Origin: Nitrospirales bacterium
Lineage (GTDB): Bacteria; Nitrospirota; Nitrospiria; Nitrospirales; UBA8639
Reading direction: 5' to 3'
Length of the DNA stretch: 64,000 bases
Assembly (NCBI GenBank): GCA_963555755.3
Contig: OY820905.2
Location: 1,504,001-1,568,000 of the forward strand
Below the pieces are notes generated by a model, which saw only the letters and a program-made list of their open reading frames with translations, had not been told where the DNA came from and searched no databases. This document shows, piece by piece, positions 41,110 to 51,536 of this stretch. Within the stretch, counting starts at the first letter, position 1. The number at the start of each line of letters is the position of its first letter. Both the position numbers and the translations under genes were made by a program.

Positions 41110-42017
41110 TAGGCCGTATCGTTTCGGATCTTCATTAATCCACAGACCGACAGCACACTACTTCCACATCCTAACAACATCCCGGACAAAACTAAAAACA
41201 CTGACGTTTCGTGGGGGAAAAATGTCAACACGGATTCCAGCCCACTGAACCATCCCGATGCATTCAATTCTAATCGAAAAAATTCAAACATGCCTTTTAA
41301 TAACACCAAGGCCAGCCCCCCTCCACACAACCCCAAAATCGCTCCTTCAATGACATAGGGTGTCGCGATGAATGATCCGGTCGCACCAATGAGTCGCAAT
41401 ATCTCGATTTCCTCTTTTCGCGCATAAAACGAAAGCCGGACAGTATTCGCAATGATGGTAATGGTCGCCACCGCTAGGGTTACCCCAATAATGATAGCTC
41501 CAAATTCAAAGTAGCTGACGAGCAAGGCTAGCGTATCAATCCAATCCTGACTGTACCGAACTTGCTGCACGCCTGGGAATTGCTTGACTCGTTCCGTGAA
41601 TGCTTCAATCGAATCAGCCTCTTGAAAACCCGGTGCGATCTGAACCACAAACGAGGCAGGCAGGGGATTCTCCTCCATACCTTCCAGTAACGTGGATTCA
41701 TCAGGAAACTGCTGATAAAATTCTTTCAATGCATCTCCTTTGGACACAAAGACTAGCTCCCTCACCGCCTGTTCACTATCCAACCGTTGACGAACCCTCT
41801 CGACCACCTGGACGGAGGCCTCCGGCTGAACATAGACCACCACTTCAATATCATGTTGAAGCGTCCCAGCGAGATTTTTCAGATTGTCATACAGCAACAC
41901 GAACACACCGAAACATGAGATCGTGAAGGCTGTGGTGACAATACCAATTGTCACACTCATCCGGTTGACGCGAAGACTGGTGAAGGCTTCTTGAATGAGA
42001 TAGAGGGGGCGCCTCAT
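41109..42017 (-). CDS. ftsX: Cell division permease FtsX
   Basis: ENPLPASF, IIANTVRL..YARKEEIEILRLIGAT..FI..PY..EG. Confidence 0.92.
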   Translation of the reverse strand: MRRPLYLIQEAFTSLRVNRMSVTIGIVTTAFTISCFGVFVLLYDNLKNLAGTLQHDIEVVVYVQPEASVQVVERVRQRLDSEQAVRELVFVSKGDALKEFYQQFPDESTLLEGMEENPLPASFVVQIAPGFQEADSIEAFTERVKQFPGVQQVRYSQDWIDTLALLVSYFEFGAIIIGVTLAVATITIIANTVRLSFYARKEEIEILRLIGATGSFIATPYVIEGAILGLCGGGLALVLLKGMFEFFRLELNASGWFSGLESVLTFFPHETSVFLVLSGMLLGCGSSVLSVCGLMKIRNDTA

Positions 42018-42682
42018 GCCGTAGGCCCTTTATCCGACACCAGTCGACCAGCGTGCAAATGCAGGACGCGTCCGTTCATTTTTTCAACAACGGTTTGATT
42101 GTGCGTGGCCAACAAGACAGTCGTACCCCGCGCATGAATTTTTTTGAACAACTCCACAATGTCGGATGTCAGTTCGGTATCCAAATTACCGGTTGGCTCG
42201 TCTGCCAACAGGATGATCGGATGATTCACGATTGCCCGTGCAATACACACACGCTGCTGTTCCCCAGCCGATATCACCCCTGTTTGACTGGCATGCTTAT
42301 GACCCATGCCCACGGATTTCAAGGCCTCACTCACCTTTTTTTTTGACTCAGCCCGTGACACACCTTGAATGATCAGCGGCAGCACAACATTCTCAAAAAC
42401 GGTTTTTTGGGGCAACAACTTAAAGTTTTGCAAGACAAACCCCATGGTTCGCCGCAGGTACGGAATGTCGGCTTCTCGCAGCCTGGCAATATTTCGATTT
42501 TGAACCAGGATTTGCCCCTCATCAGGAATTTCCGCGCCAAAAATTAATTTCAGAAAAGTGGTTTTGCCGGCCCCGCTCGGGCCTGTCAGTAATATGCTCT
42601 CACCCTTCTCGATTCGTACCGTGACATCATGAAGCGCGGTACACCGCTTAAAGAATTTCGAGACATGGAACAATTGAATCAT
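42014..42682 (-). CDS. ftsE: Cell division ATP-binding protein FtsE
   Basis: MIQLFHVSK, GPSGAGKTT, IPYLRR, LLADEPTGNLD; overlaps ftsX. Confidence 0.92.
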   Translation of the reverse strand: MIQLFHVSKFFKRCTALHDVTVRIEKGESILLTGPSGAGKTTFLKLIFGAEIPDEGQILVQNRNIARLREADIPYLRRTMGFVLQNFKLLPQKTVFENVVLPLIIQGVSRAESKKKVSEALKSVGMGHKHASQTGVISAGEQQRVCIARAIVNHPIILLADEPTGNLDTELTSDIVELFKKIHARGTTVLLATHNQTVVEKMNGRVLHLHAGRLVSDKGPTA

Positions 42683-42717
42683 CAGATTGGTATGTCGCAC
42701 AAACCATCTTGAATAAA

Positions 42718-42858
42718 GGCCACCTCTAAAAACCGTCCTTTTCCGTGATGCCGGCGTCAGCCGCGTGCTCACATCCTCATGTATTCGCCCATACACTCCG
42801 GTTTTCCGCGCGCGGCTTCCTTGCCCTCACAAAAAATGCCTGGTTTGTAGAGGTGCCC
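42718..42858. mobile_element. MITE family C (GGGCACCTCTA TIR)
   Basis: Near-identical to 2985-3125 and to the reverse complement of 54631-54771. Confidence 0.85.
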
Positions 42859-42967
42859 TAATATGACTGAGGGGTGGCACCTCAGGAGCCAGCCACCCTT
42901 TAGTGTCAGTGAAACAATCACAAAATTTCATTACCGTGAATCACTCGAATACACTCTCAGAGGCAAT

Positions 42968-43115
42968 GGAGAATGTTCAAAAAGGTGTGTCCAGCCCTGT
43001 CCTGAGCAGAGTCGAAGGAAAGGCCGCAGGCCCTTTGGCGCGCGGAGCGTACAGTAGTACGTGAGCACGACAAATGGCCGAGAACGCCGCAGGCACCCTT
43101 TTTCAACATTCTCCC
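42968..43115. mobile_element. MITE family A abutting the yraN stop codon
   Basis: ggagaatgttcaaaaagg ... cctttttcaacattctcc. Confidence 0.78.
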
Positions 43116-43502
43116 CTACCATCGCAGATCATCACCCGGGACTTCGAACGCATTCACGACATGCTCCACATGGCCAACCTGTTCTGCATCACATTGGTAC
43201 AACATGACATCAAATCGGGTTGGGCAGTTAGACAGTTGGTGGTACGCTAAGTATTGAGCGGCGAGATTGATCAGACGCTGTTGTTTGTGAGGCGTCACGG
43301 CATAGGACGCGCCACCAAAGTAATTGATCCTCCTGGCCTTGACTTCGATGAAGACAATCGTGCCATCTTTTTTCGCGATAATATCCAGCTCCCCATTGGG
43401 AAACCGGACATTGCGTCCTACAATACGATATCCGTGTTGGCGAAGATATTGTTCCGCAGCGACTTCGGCTTCCTTGCCAAAGACCTGAGACTGGGATGTC
43501 AC
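43116..43502 (-). CDS. yraN: YraN family (UPF0102) nuclease-like protein
   Basis: G..AE..A..YL...GY.I..RN, GELDIIA, VFIEVKAR, RFDV. Confidence 0.9.
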   Translation of the reverse strand: MTSQSQVFGKEAEVAAEQYLRQHGYRIVGRNVRFPNGELDIIAKKDGTIVFIEVKARRINYFGGASYAVTPHKQQRLINLAAQYLAYHQLSNCPTRFDVMLYQCDAEQVGHVEHVVNAFEVPGDDLRW

Positions 43503-44155
43503 ACATCCTCCTGATGAGCCTGTAGAAGAGTCTTGATTGGTTGAAAACTACGTCGGTGCGCCGGACTCGGGCCAAATTTCCGAACCAAACGAAGATGCGC
43601 CGGTGTGGGATAACCCTTATGAAGGTGGAACTGATAATCCGGATATCGACGATGATAGTCCTGCATCAATCGATCACGAGACACTTTGGCAAGAATAGAA
43701 GCAGCGGCAATTGAAAGAGACAATCGATCCCCCTTCACCACCGCTCGTTGAGCCATGGCCACACCGGGTAACGAGGTGGCATCGATGAGTAAAAAATCAG
43801 GGACCACAGGAAGTTGGTCCAGCGCACGTCTCCAGGCAAGTCGTGTGGCTTCTAGAATATTGATTCTATCAATTTCCTGTTCTGTGGCAACCCCGACGGC
43901 CCAAGCACGCGCCCGTTGTGTAATCGCTTCAAACAGGGTTTCTCGATTCTCGGGGCTGACCTGTTTGGAGTCATCCAACCCATCCAACTGAAATCGTCGA
44001 GGGAGAATGACGACTGCACCAACCACTGGACCGGCTAAGGGTCCTCTGCCAGCCTCATCCAACCCAGCCACGCATCGATAGCCACAGACTCGAGCGTCTT
44101 CCTCAAACACCCAAGTGGGCCCATCTGCCGTCCTTGCGATCAACTCCCCTTCCAC
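43499..44155 (-). CDS. rnhB: Ribonuclease HII
   Basis: GLDEAGRGPLAGPV, DDSK, KGD..S.SIAAASILAKV.RD, HKGYPT. Confidence 0.95.
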   Translation of the reverse strand: MEGELIARTADGPTWVFEEDARVCGYRCVAGLDEAGRGPLAGPVVGAVVILPRRFQLDGLDDSKQVSPENRETLFEAITQRARAWAVGVATEQEIDRINILEATRLAWRRALDQLPVVPDFLLIDATSLPGVAMAQRAVVKGDRLSLSIAAASILAKVSRDRLMQDYHRRYPDYQFHLHKGYPTPAHLRLVRKFGPSPAHRRSFQPIKTLLQAHQEDV

Positions 44156-44170
44156 GATGTGCCCCTCTTA

Positions 44171-44461
44171 GGAGCCTGTCCAAGATTAGACTGATCTGCT
44201 GCGGATGCGCTGGATGTGGCCAGATCTTCCGATCCTTTTGGGGAAATGATCAAAAAGGCCGCCAGCTGCGTTCTCGGGCTTTTGGCGTGCTCACGTACTC
44301 CGTGTACGCTCCGCGCGCCAAAAGCCCTGCGGCCTTGCGGGACGGCCTTTTTGATCATTCCCCGTTTTCGTTAAATAGCCCAACTATTCGCCTTAAACGA
44401 TTGAAAAATCTGACTCAAACCACCACATCCTCGCGACGATCGCTAATCTCGGACAGGCTCC
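44171..44461. mobile_element. MITE family B with nested family A (~44239-44363)
   Basis: ggagcctgtcc ... ggacaggctcc between rplS and rnhB. Confidence 0.85.
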
Positions 44462-44497
44462 CAGCTTGAGGAAAACGTCGTCCACATGGAGGGCAAA

Positions 44498-44929
44498 TTA
44501 ATCAGAAGTCGAGTCGTCTTTCGCTGGCGATGCTTTTGCCGCAGCAGGAGCCACCTTGGCCACCGGTTTATTTTTTTTGATCCGCGAATATTCTCGCTCT
44601 GGAACCTTGGCCTTCTTTCCAATTTTATCGCGGAGGTAGTACAATTTTGCGCGTCGAACCTTCCCTTTGCGTATCACCTCAAGCTGGGCAATATTGGGAG
44701 AATTGACAGGAAAGATACGTTCCACACCCACATTGTGCGAAATTTTTCTGACCGTAAACGTCTCACTGACTTTCTTCCCTTTTCGGGCAATCACCACGCC
44801 TTCAAACACCTGCACCCGTTCTTTTTCCCCTTCAACAACTTTGACATGCACCCGAACGCTATCGCCAATTTCAAATTCTGATAGGGTATTTGTTGGAAAC
44901 GTTTGTTCAAGTCGCTGCAGCCGATTCAT
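44498..44929 (-). CDS. rplS: 50S ribosomal protein L19
   Basis: [42 protein letters not shown]. Confidence 0.96.
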   Translation of the reverse strand: MNRLQRLEQTFPTNTLSEFEIGDSVRVHVKVVEGEKERVQVFEGVVIARKGKKVSETFTVRKISHNVGVERIFPVNSPNIAQLEVIRKGKVRRAKLYYLRDKIGKKAKVPEREYSRIKKNKPVAKVAPAAAKASPAKDDSTSD

Positions 44930-45678
44930 GATCTGATTCCTCCCCCACATTCCTGTGATATTTCTACTAACAATCGTCGATCTTCATCCGTTAAGCATTC
45001 GTCCCGTAACACATCAGGACGCTTACAATAGGTATTCCGTAATGACTCTTTTCGCCGCCATAGACGAACCGCTGCATGATTGCCGGATAACAACACGTCC
45101 GGCACACTATATCCGCGTACGCCTTCAGGCCTGGTGTAATGCGGAAAATCTAATAACGCCTCCACAAACGAATCGTGTTCCACGGACGCAGGATTGCCCA
45201 CGACTCCGGGGACTAACCGTGCCGCGGCATCAATCATGACCATGGCCGGCAACTCCCCACCAGTTAACACATAATCGCCGATGGAAATTTCTTCAGGCTC
45301 CAACCGAGTCAGAACCCGTTCATCGACACCCTCATAGTGGCCACAGATCCACACCAACCGCCTCGACTCACGACTGAAATCCATGGCCAATTGATGCGAA
45401 AACGGCACTCCCTGCGGAGAGGGAAACAACAAACGTAATTCTTGTCCTTCAGCTCGCAGGGCATCGATTACTCGAAAAATTGGCTCGGCCTTCATCACCA
45501 TGCCGCTTCCACCGCCATAGGGGGCATCATCAGCAATGCGGTGCCGATCCTCGATGTAGTCTCGAATATTATGTACCTGAATCCGAACCCGACCGCTCTC
45601 CTGCGCACGTTTCAGAATACTCTGCGTCGCAATGCCTTCGATCAACTCAGGGAATAATGTGAGGACATCACACCACAT
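44926..45678 (-). CDS. trmD: tRNA (guanine-N1)-methyltransferase
   Basis: [47 protein letters not shown]. Confidence 0.96.
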   Translation of the reverse strand: MWCDVLTLFPELIEGIATQSILKRAQESGRVRIQVHNIRDYIEDRHRIADDAPYGGGSGMVMKAEPIFRVIDALRAEGQELRLLFPSPQGVPFSHQLAMDFSRESRRLVWICGHYEGVDERVLTRLEPEEISIGDYVLTGGELPAMVMIDAAARLVPGVVGNPASVEHDSFVEALLDFPHYTRPEGVRGYSVPDVLLSGNHAAVRLWRRKESLRNTYCKRPDVLRDECLTDEDRRLLVEISQECGGGIRS

Positions 45679-46195
45679 CGTCGCCAGACCATTCTTCTTT
45701 TGATACCACCGTCATCTCTTGGCCAGGAATATCAATCTTGGTAATCCACTTCTTTGAGGCAGGCAAGATCCATTCCCGACCCTGCCCTCGGATCATGAAT
45801 AAATGCTGAACCGGCGTTTCGATCACTTCCTCCAACACGCCTAACACGTCACCGGATTCCTCTTTGACTGTCAGCCCAATCAGTTCAAACTGGTAATGAT
45901 GGCCTTCAGGCGCTGGTGGCACGGAACCTTGAGGAATTTTTATCCAGGCCCCACGATACGCTTTGACTTCTTCGGGCGTTGAAAAGGCCGCAAAACGCAA
46001 CAGGTAGGATCGTCCATCGTAATGAACATCCGTCACCTCAGTGACCAGGGAATGACCCGAGGCAGTTTCTAGCGTCACCTCGCGTAGGTTTTCCAATCGC
46101 TTCGGGACATCCGTGAGGGAAAGCACTCGCACCTGCCCACGCACCCCAAACGGCTTCACAATTTTCCCAACCGTCACGAATGCTGTTTCAGACAT
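45668..46195 (-). CDS. rimM: 16S rRNA processing protein RimM
   Basis: VGKIVKPFGVRG, ELIGL.V....G..LG; between rpsP and trmD. Confidence 0.9.
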   Translation of the reverse strand: MSETAFVTVGKIVKPFGVRGQVRVLSLTDVPKRLENLREVTLETASGHSLVTEVTDVHYDGRSYLLRFAAFSTPEEVKAYRGAWIKIPQGSVPPAPEGHHYQFELIGLTVKEESGDVLGVLEEVIETPVQHLFMIRGQGREWILPASKKWITKIDIPGQEMTVVSKEEWSGDDVV

Positions 46196-46238
46196 CACGT
46201 CACAATTGACAGCGGGCATGCCATGAATTCCGTATTTA

Positions 46239-46395
46239 GGGTTCGCGCAAACATAACTTCCTCGGTTTGGGCGCCGATCCATCCCGTCTGGCGGCGTTGC
46301 TCGTCCTTTCCATACGAAAAGTATGCGCAGTCCTCCGGCCTTGCCAGACGGGCGCCTCAACACCCAAACCGAGGAAGTGATGTTTGCGCGAACCC
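46239..46395. mobile_element. MITE family D (GGGTTCGC.CAA TIR)
   Basis: gggttcgcgcaaacataacttcctcggtttggg ... cccaaaccgaggaagtgatgtttgcgcgaaccc; homologous to 60187-60342. Confidence 0.85.
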
Positions 46396-46475
46396 TAATG
46401 GGGTTGCCTCCCAATATCATAAGGCACTCCCAACATTGTGGAAAGAGTCACCTAGATGAGAGGAAGAAAGCGAAG

Positions 46476-46748
46476 TTATGACTTCTTTCGAGAATCTTCA
46501 AAGGTTTTCCAAATGCCGGCCCGCCGCAACAGCGTGCGCACCGTCACCGATGGTTGTGCACCCTTTTGCAACCAATCCAACACTCGTTCGGCTTTCAACT
46601 CGGTGACAGCAGGATCCTTCAACGGATCATGCGTCCCTAGCACTTCAAGCGCACGACCATCCCGTCGCACCCTCGAATCTACCGCTACCACTCGATAAAA
46701 TGGTCGTTTGTGTCGTCCCATTCGACTTAATCGTAAATGTACTGCCAC
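46476..46748 (-). CDS. rpsP: 30S ribosomal protein S16
   Basis: LRLSRMGRHKRPFYRVVAVDSR..RDGR, WL.KGAQPS.TV. Confidence 0.96.
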   Translation of the reverse strand: MAVHLRLSRMGRHKRPFYRVVAVDSRVRRDGRALEVLGTHDPLKDPAVTELKAERVLDWLQKGAQPSVTVRTLLRRAGIWKTFEDSRKKS

Positions 46749-46827
46749 TAGCTGACTCCTCCTATTCTGAATAGTCTATTCTTCCCAAAGCTGATCAGTA
46801 TACTCTGTTTGGTGTGAAAAGTTAAAC

Positions 46828-48228
46828 TCATCGGGATTGGATAGCTCGAATGAGCTTTCCGCGCCTTTTCAACTTACCAAGTTTACCTGGTTTACCCTTC
46901 CCGCCAACCAGGGACTTCATCATCGTCCGGGCGCCTAAAAATTGTTTAATGAGCCTGTTAATCTCCTGGACAGACGTCCCGCTCCCTTTGGCGATGCGCT
47001 TCTTCCGGTTGCCATTGATGATCGTGTGATCCCGACGCTCTTTTGTGGTCATGGAGTCAATAATGGCCACCACACGGCTTATTTCCTTTTCAGGCAGTCC
47101 CTGTTGTGATGCCCCCCTCACCATGGCTTTGAGCTTCTCCCCACCAGGAAGCATGCCCATTATTTGTTCCATGGACCCCAACTTGTTCACCTGTTTAATC
47201 TGATCCCGAAAGTCCTCTAGGGTAAGGGCATTGCTGGAGACCTTTCGTTGCAGAGATTCTGCTTCCTCTTTTGAGAAGGCTTCCTGGGCCTTTTCGATGA
47301 GTGACAACACATCGCCCATTCCCAAGATGCGCGAGGCCATGCGATCCGGGTGAAAGGGCTCCAAGGCATCGGACTTTTCCCCCACCCCCAAATATTTAAT
47401 GGGCTTACCGGTCGCCGCTCGAATAGACAGAACAGCACCCCCGCGGGCGTCACCTTCAATTTTGGTTAAAATCACCCCTGTGATCCCGACACGCTGATCA
47501 AACTGCTGGGCCACATTCACGGCTTCCTGGCCAGTCATGGAATCCGCGATAAATAAAATTTCCTGCGGTGTGACCGCGGCTTTGATATCCACCAACTCCT
47601 GCATGAGTTCATCGTCAACATGAAGACGGCCACCGGTGTCCAACACCACAACGTCATAGGCATGGTCGCGACCTCGGGCCACTCCCTCCGTGCAGAACCG
47701 GGCAACCTGCGCCCGATCAACCAGAACCCCTTCTGCGTGCCCTTCTACTCGATGAACCGGCACATCCAAATCAGCGCCCAGCGAGGCCAATTGATCCGCG
47801 GCAGCAGGGCGCCGAGGATCAGCTGCAACCAGCAATACTCGTTTTCCTTGCTGCTTGAATAGATGGGCCAGTTTGCCGCACGTGGTCGTCTTCCCCGCAC
47901 CCTGCAACCCAACCATCATGATCACGGTGGGAGGCTGAGATGAAAGCGCCAGACCAGAATATTCATGGCCCATCAGGTCCCGCAATTCTTCCCAGACGAT
48001 TTTGACAACCTGTTGACCAGGATTGAGGCTGCCTAAAACCTCACGCCCAATAGCTTTTTCCTGGACACGGCCAATAAAGTCCTTCACAATCTTGAAATTG
48101 ACATCAGCCTCCAGAAGCGCAAGACGGACTTCCTTCAACGCCTCGGTAACATCCTGCTCCCGCAGAACGCCCTGTCCCCGAATCTTTTTGAGGACATTGT
48201 CAATTTTTTCTGTGAGCGCGGAAAACAT
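46828..48228 (-). CDS. ffh: Signal recognition particle protein
   Basis: ALLEADV, GLQGAGKTTT, DTGGR, RMASRILGMGD, IIDSMT..ER. Confidence 0.96.
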   Translation of the reverse strand: MFSALTEKIDNVLKKIRGQGVLREQDVTEALKEVRLALLEADVNFKIVKDFIGRVQEKAIGREVLGSLNPGQQVVKIVWEELRDLMGHEYSGLALSSQPPTVIMMVGLQGAGKTTTCGKLAHLFKQQGKRVLLVAADPRRPAAADQLASLGADLDVPVHRVEGHAEGVLVDRAQVARFCTEGVARGRDHAYDVVVLDTGGRLHVDDELMQELVDIKAAVTPQEILFIADSMTGQEAVNVAQQFDQRVGITGVILTKIEGDARGGAVLSIRAATGKPIKYLGVGEKSDALEPFHPDRMASRILGMGDVLSLIEKAQEAFSKEEAESLQRKVSSNALTLEDFRDQIKQVNKLGSMEQIMGMLPGGEKLKAMVRGASQQGLPEKEISRVVAIIDSMTTKERRDHTIINGNRKKRIAKGSGTSVQEINRLIKQFLGARTMMKSLVGGKGKPGKLGKLKRRGKLIRAIQSR

Positions 48229-48319
48229 CAGATCTAACTCCTAACCATTGGAAAAATATACGAAATTCCGTCGAAGTCTAGACAACGCCGAAACTACCTG
48301 TCAAGGCTACCCTTAGGTG

Positions 48320-50223
48320 CAGGGCCATTTCATTCTTTTTATAAGCAAGGGATTCCATGAGGTTTTTTGTGCGCTCTTTTTCAGGGCAGGGCCATGCGGA
48401 TGGCTAAATGGGGCTTGCCCCAGAGCAGTCTACACGCCTGCGCGATATTGGTGTAGCCTTTCAGGCGTAAGAGACTGATGGCATAGCGTCTCAGACAGGT
48501 CATGACCATTGGGCCATTGAGACTTCGTATCTGACTCCTGTCTTCATCAAAGGTGACGTCCAACACATAATGCTGCTTATTCTCCACACTCCAATGCTTT
48601 CGGTTTTGCGAGAGGATGGTCTTCGGCCCCGCCTTGTCTTTGGACTGACTCGTGACACCGCAGACCGCTTCGACGGTCGTGAGGCCCTGCTTGAGATGCG
48701 TCACTTCCCTCTCAATGCAGAAGACTTGCTGGACATGAGGAAAGTTGACATAGGCATTCAGGGAGTCATCGCACCAGATCCTGCGGGTCGTGATCTGCCC
48801 ATGGCCTTTCTCGGTGGTGGCATAATCGCACCGGCGTGCTCGCAACGCTAAGGCCTCAATGTCGTGCTTCAAGGTGGGCTGGTTTCCCTTGACGGTGAAG
48901 ACGAAGTCGGCGCCGCGTTCGTGCACCAGGTACTCGGCAATCTCTTTCTGGGTGAGGAGCGCATCCGCCGTGATCACCTTCCCTGCGATCTCGAGCGCAT
49001 CTAACAGGGGCCGCACGCAGGGGATCTCATTGGTCTTGGAGTGAACTTTTTTTGGGTGAGGTGGCGCCCGGCTTGATGGGTGACGGCGCTGAGGACGTGG
49101 GTCTGTTCGCTTGGGACCTTCGACGTCCCCCGCATGGTCTTCCCATCAATGGCAATGCCCTGATCCTCCCCGCCGAAGGTGTCCAGCCACCGGCCGAGCA
49201 GGGTATCGACTTCACAGGGGTCGACGGCCGTGATAAAGCGGTAAAGAGTGCTGCGGCTCGGGACGAGGTAGCGCCCCCCTCGCTGAGTACAGCCTAGCCG
49301 CTTGCGCATCGGCTGCGATAACTGCTGGGCCCAGTCCGAGATCGCTTCATAGCCGCGCGCGCCGCACAAGGTGGCACAGAACATGATCGCCGTGAGGGCG
49401 CGTCGGGTGTGCCGTTGCCCTTGCAAATGGCGGGGATCGGTCAGCTGCACCACATACGTAAAGAGGGAGTCCGTCTGTTTTGTATTCAATCTCATCTGAG
49501 GCGCTTCTCCTTTCTGATAGGGCTGATCAAGCATCGGGCGTGCAAGGATCTCTCGGGCTTGGGGATGCAGCCGCACGACTAGGATGCGCTTCGGTCTCTC
49601 ATGCTGAACATAACACGTGTTCGACTTGCGAAACCCTCGTGTCAGACCGAGCTCGTGCCACCCGGCGGCCCGATAGCAGGTCCCGGTGAAGCGGGCAGGA
49701 TCGACGAAGGTCTCTAAGAGGAGCAAGGGGTAGCCGTGGTACAGTTGCCAATCGGCCGAGATCCGTTTCGCGCAGAGCGACAGGACTTTCGAGGCGAGGT
49801 TCTTTTGCGAACAGCCCGGCAGCATGAGAAACCAGGTGTTGTTGGCCAGTAAATGGAGTCGTTGCCATTGAAAACAGGGGGGCCAGCCGATCCAGTGGTC
49901 TCGCGGTCTCGATTTGAGGGCCGCCGCCGCAAACACCAGCAAGGCCAGCCAGCGATCCTGCACACAGGCGAGATATTGTATCGATTGGCCAATCAGCGGG
50001 GCATGACCGAGGTAGTGGTGTCTGTCGAGAAGGGTCTTGAAGGCGTCCTTTTCGTCTCGGACAATTGGGCGAACCACGACTTGCCTCAGATCAATGTCCG
50101 GCTGTCCGCTTGGCGATTCGTCTGGCATGCAAAAGAGTATGCCGTAAACGAAAAGAAAAAGCCAGCCTAAATCGATTATTCCTTATTATCTATAAAGTTA
50201 CACTTTAATATGAAATAGCCCTG
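48320..50223 (-). mobile_element. Complete ISAs1-family insertion sequence (1904 bp) with 9-bp target duplication
   Basis: TIRs cagggccatttcat / atgaaatagccctg (13/14 match). DR ccttaggtg at 48311-48319 and 50224-50232. Confidence 0.9.
48381..50128 (-). CDS. DUF4338-fused ISAs1 transposase in two frames joined by a -1 frameshift
   Basis: ORF1 has HHYLG, NN..FL.LP, NLAS.VL, ETFVDP.RF.GTCY.AAGW (DUF4338), then DPR and IAIDGKT.RG. ORF2 has K.NEIP, TADAL, VKGNQP, HWSVEN..H..LD.TF.ED. Confidence 0.85.
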
Positions 50224-50337
50224 CCTTAGGTGAATACCTTCTTGACTTAAGGTCTGGGTTGCCGTACTTTTCTAGTAGTTTACCCTTATATCAGCATCGA
50301 TCCAGCCAATCACTCACCAACGACCGAAGGAGCAGTT

Positions 50338-50598
50338 GTGAAAAAATCAGGGTGGACTTTACTTGGGTTCATTTTTATTGGCGGCTTGTTGGGCGGAGTC
50401 CTTGGGGAAATCCTCCGAGTATTCACTCCAGCAGGAGTCATTCAAGATATTTTCGCACGGTCCGTTTCCACAGGACTTGAGCCTCCGTTCACCGTCGATT
50501 TCGTTCTCATCAAGATCACACTAGGCTTCATTTTCAAGATCAACCTCCTCACACTGTTAGGGATATTTTTTGGCATTTACTTGTACAAAAATATCTGA
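50338..50598 (+). CDS. DUF4321-like small membrane protein
   Basis: IGGLLGGVLGE, PPFTVDF..I.ITLG...KINL..LLG. Confidence 0.75.
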   Translation: MKKSGWTLLGFIFIGGLLGGVLGEILRVFTPAGVIQDIFARSVSTGLEPPFTVDFVLIKITLGFIFKINLLTLLGIFFGIYLYKNI

Positions 50599-50705
50599 CA
50601 GCAATACTTTCGATATACCATTCGCCCGAAGCCTTTAGGGTACGGTGAATATTTCACCCCATTAGCCAATACAAGCTTCAGATAAGCCACGCACCATCAA
50701 AGGGA

Positions 50706-50869
50706 GGGAATGTTCAAAAAAGCATGCCCTGAGTCTTTCCGAAGGGTCTATCCAGTCCTGAGTCTGTCGAAGGAAAGGCCGCAGCTATTTTTACGCACGG
50801 AGCGTACATGGAGTACGTGAGCACGGCAAAATGGGGAGAACGCCGCTGGAGGCTTTTTTCAACATTCCC
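50706..50869. mobile_element. MITE family A
   Basis: gggaatgttcaaaaaagc ... ggcttttttcaacattccc; very similar to 49-278. Confidence 0.8.
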
Positions 50870-50877
50870 TTTAGGGT

Positions 50878-51324
50878 TCACACAAAATCACTCACCATCA
50901 GGCATTCAATTTCCTTAACCTTTTTTAAACCCTTATCGTTCCCAATAAAGCCGGTGGCCTGAAAGCCGATGGCTGTGGCAAGCTGAATGGCATCTGGCGT
51001 GCTCAGGTTATAACTGGCGCGAAGTTCCGCCGCCCTGTCAGCTACCTCCAGTGATACAGGCACCCAGCTAAGCTTGGGATACGTGGATAAAAGGGCATAG
51101 AATTTTTGAACCAGTGGGTGATTTTCAAGACGATAGGGTTGCACCAATACCTCCAACATTGAAACCGTTGAAGTGACAGCCGAGACTTGTCCCCTTTCGA
51201 TACGGGCAAACAGCTTGGCACACCATTTTCCATAGCGAGGATGGTCTTGCACATGATAAATCAGAACATTGGTATCCAGCCCAACCTTGCGATAGGCCGA
51301 AAACGGCCGTTTCCCAACTACCAC
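50878..51324 (-). CDS. PIN-domain (VapC) toxin
   Basis: LDTNVLIY, EVLVQP, TPDAIQLATA, ND. Confidence 0.9.
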   Translation of the reverse strand: MVVGKRPFSAYRKVGLDTNVLIYHVQDHPRYGKWCAKLFARIERGQVSAVTSTVSMLEVLVQPYRLENHPLVQKFYALLSTYPKLSWVPVSLEVADRAAELRASYNLSTPDAIQLATAIGFQATGFIGNDKGLKKVKEIECLMVSDFV

Positions 51325-51536
51325 GATTGCCGTTCCCTATTCAGATAACCTTGAGGATATATCCCCTTAGCAAGTCCTCGAAGAGCTTTGGCATAGCTTT
51401 TCGGCTCCGGCATCACAACCGTCACATCTCCTTTCACGACAACAAGAAGCTTGTCCCCCCCTTTGACCCGCATGGCCTCACGGGCTGCTTTGGGGATCAC
51501 GATTTGATTTTTTCGACTGAGCCTTTGAATACCCAT
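51318..51536 (-). CDS. AbrB/MazE-type antitoxin
   Basis: LSRKNQIVIPKAAREAM.VKGGD. Inverted repeat gctttac..gtaaagc upstream at 51557-51584. Confidence 0.88.
   Translation of the reverse strand: MGIQRLSRKNQIVIPKAAREAMRVKGGDKLLVVVKGDVTVVMPEPKSYAKALRGLAKGIYPQGYLNRERQSW

Noticed and set aside
49001..50128. Druantia defence system
   Set aside because: No DruE helicase or other dru genes; the DUF4338 domain lies inside an IS.
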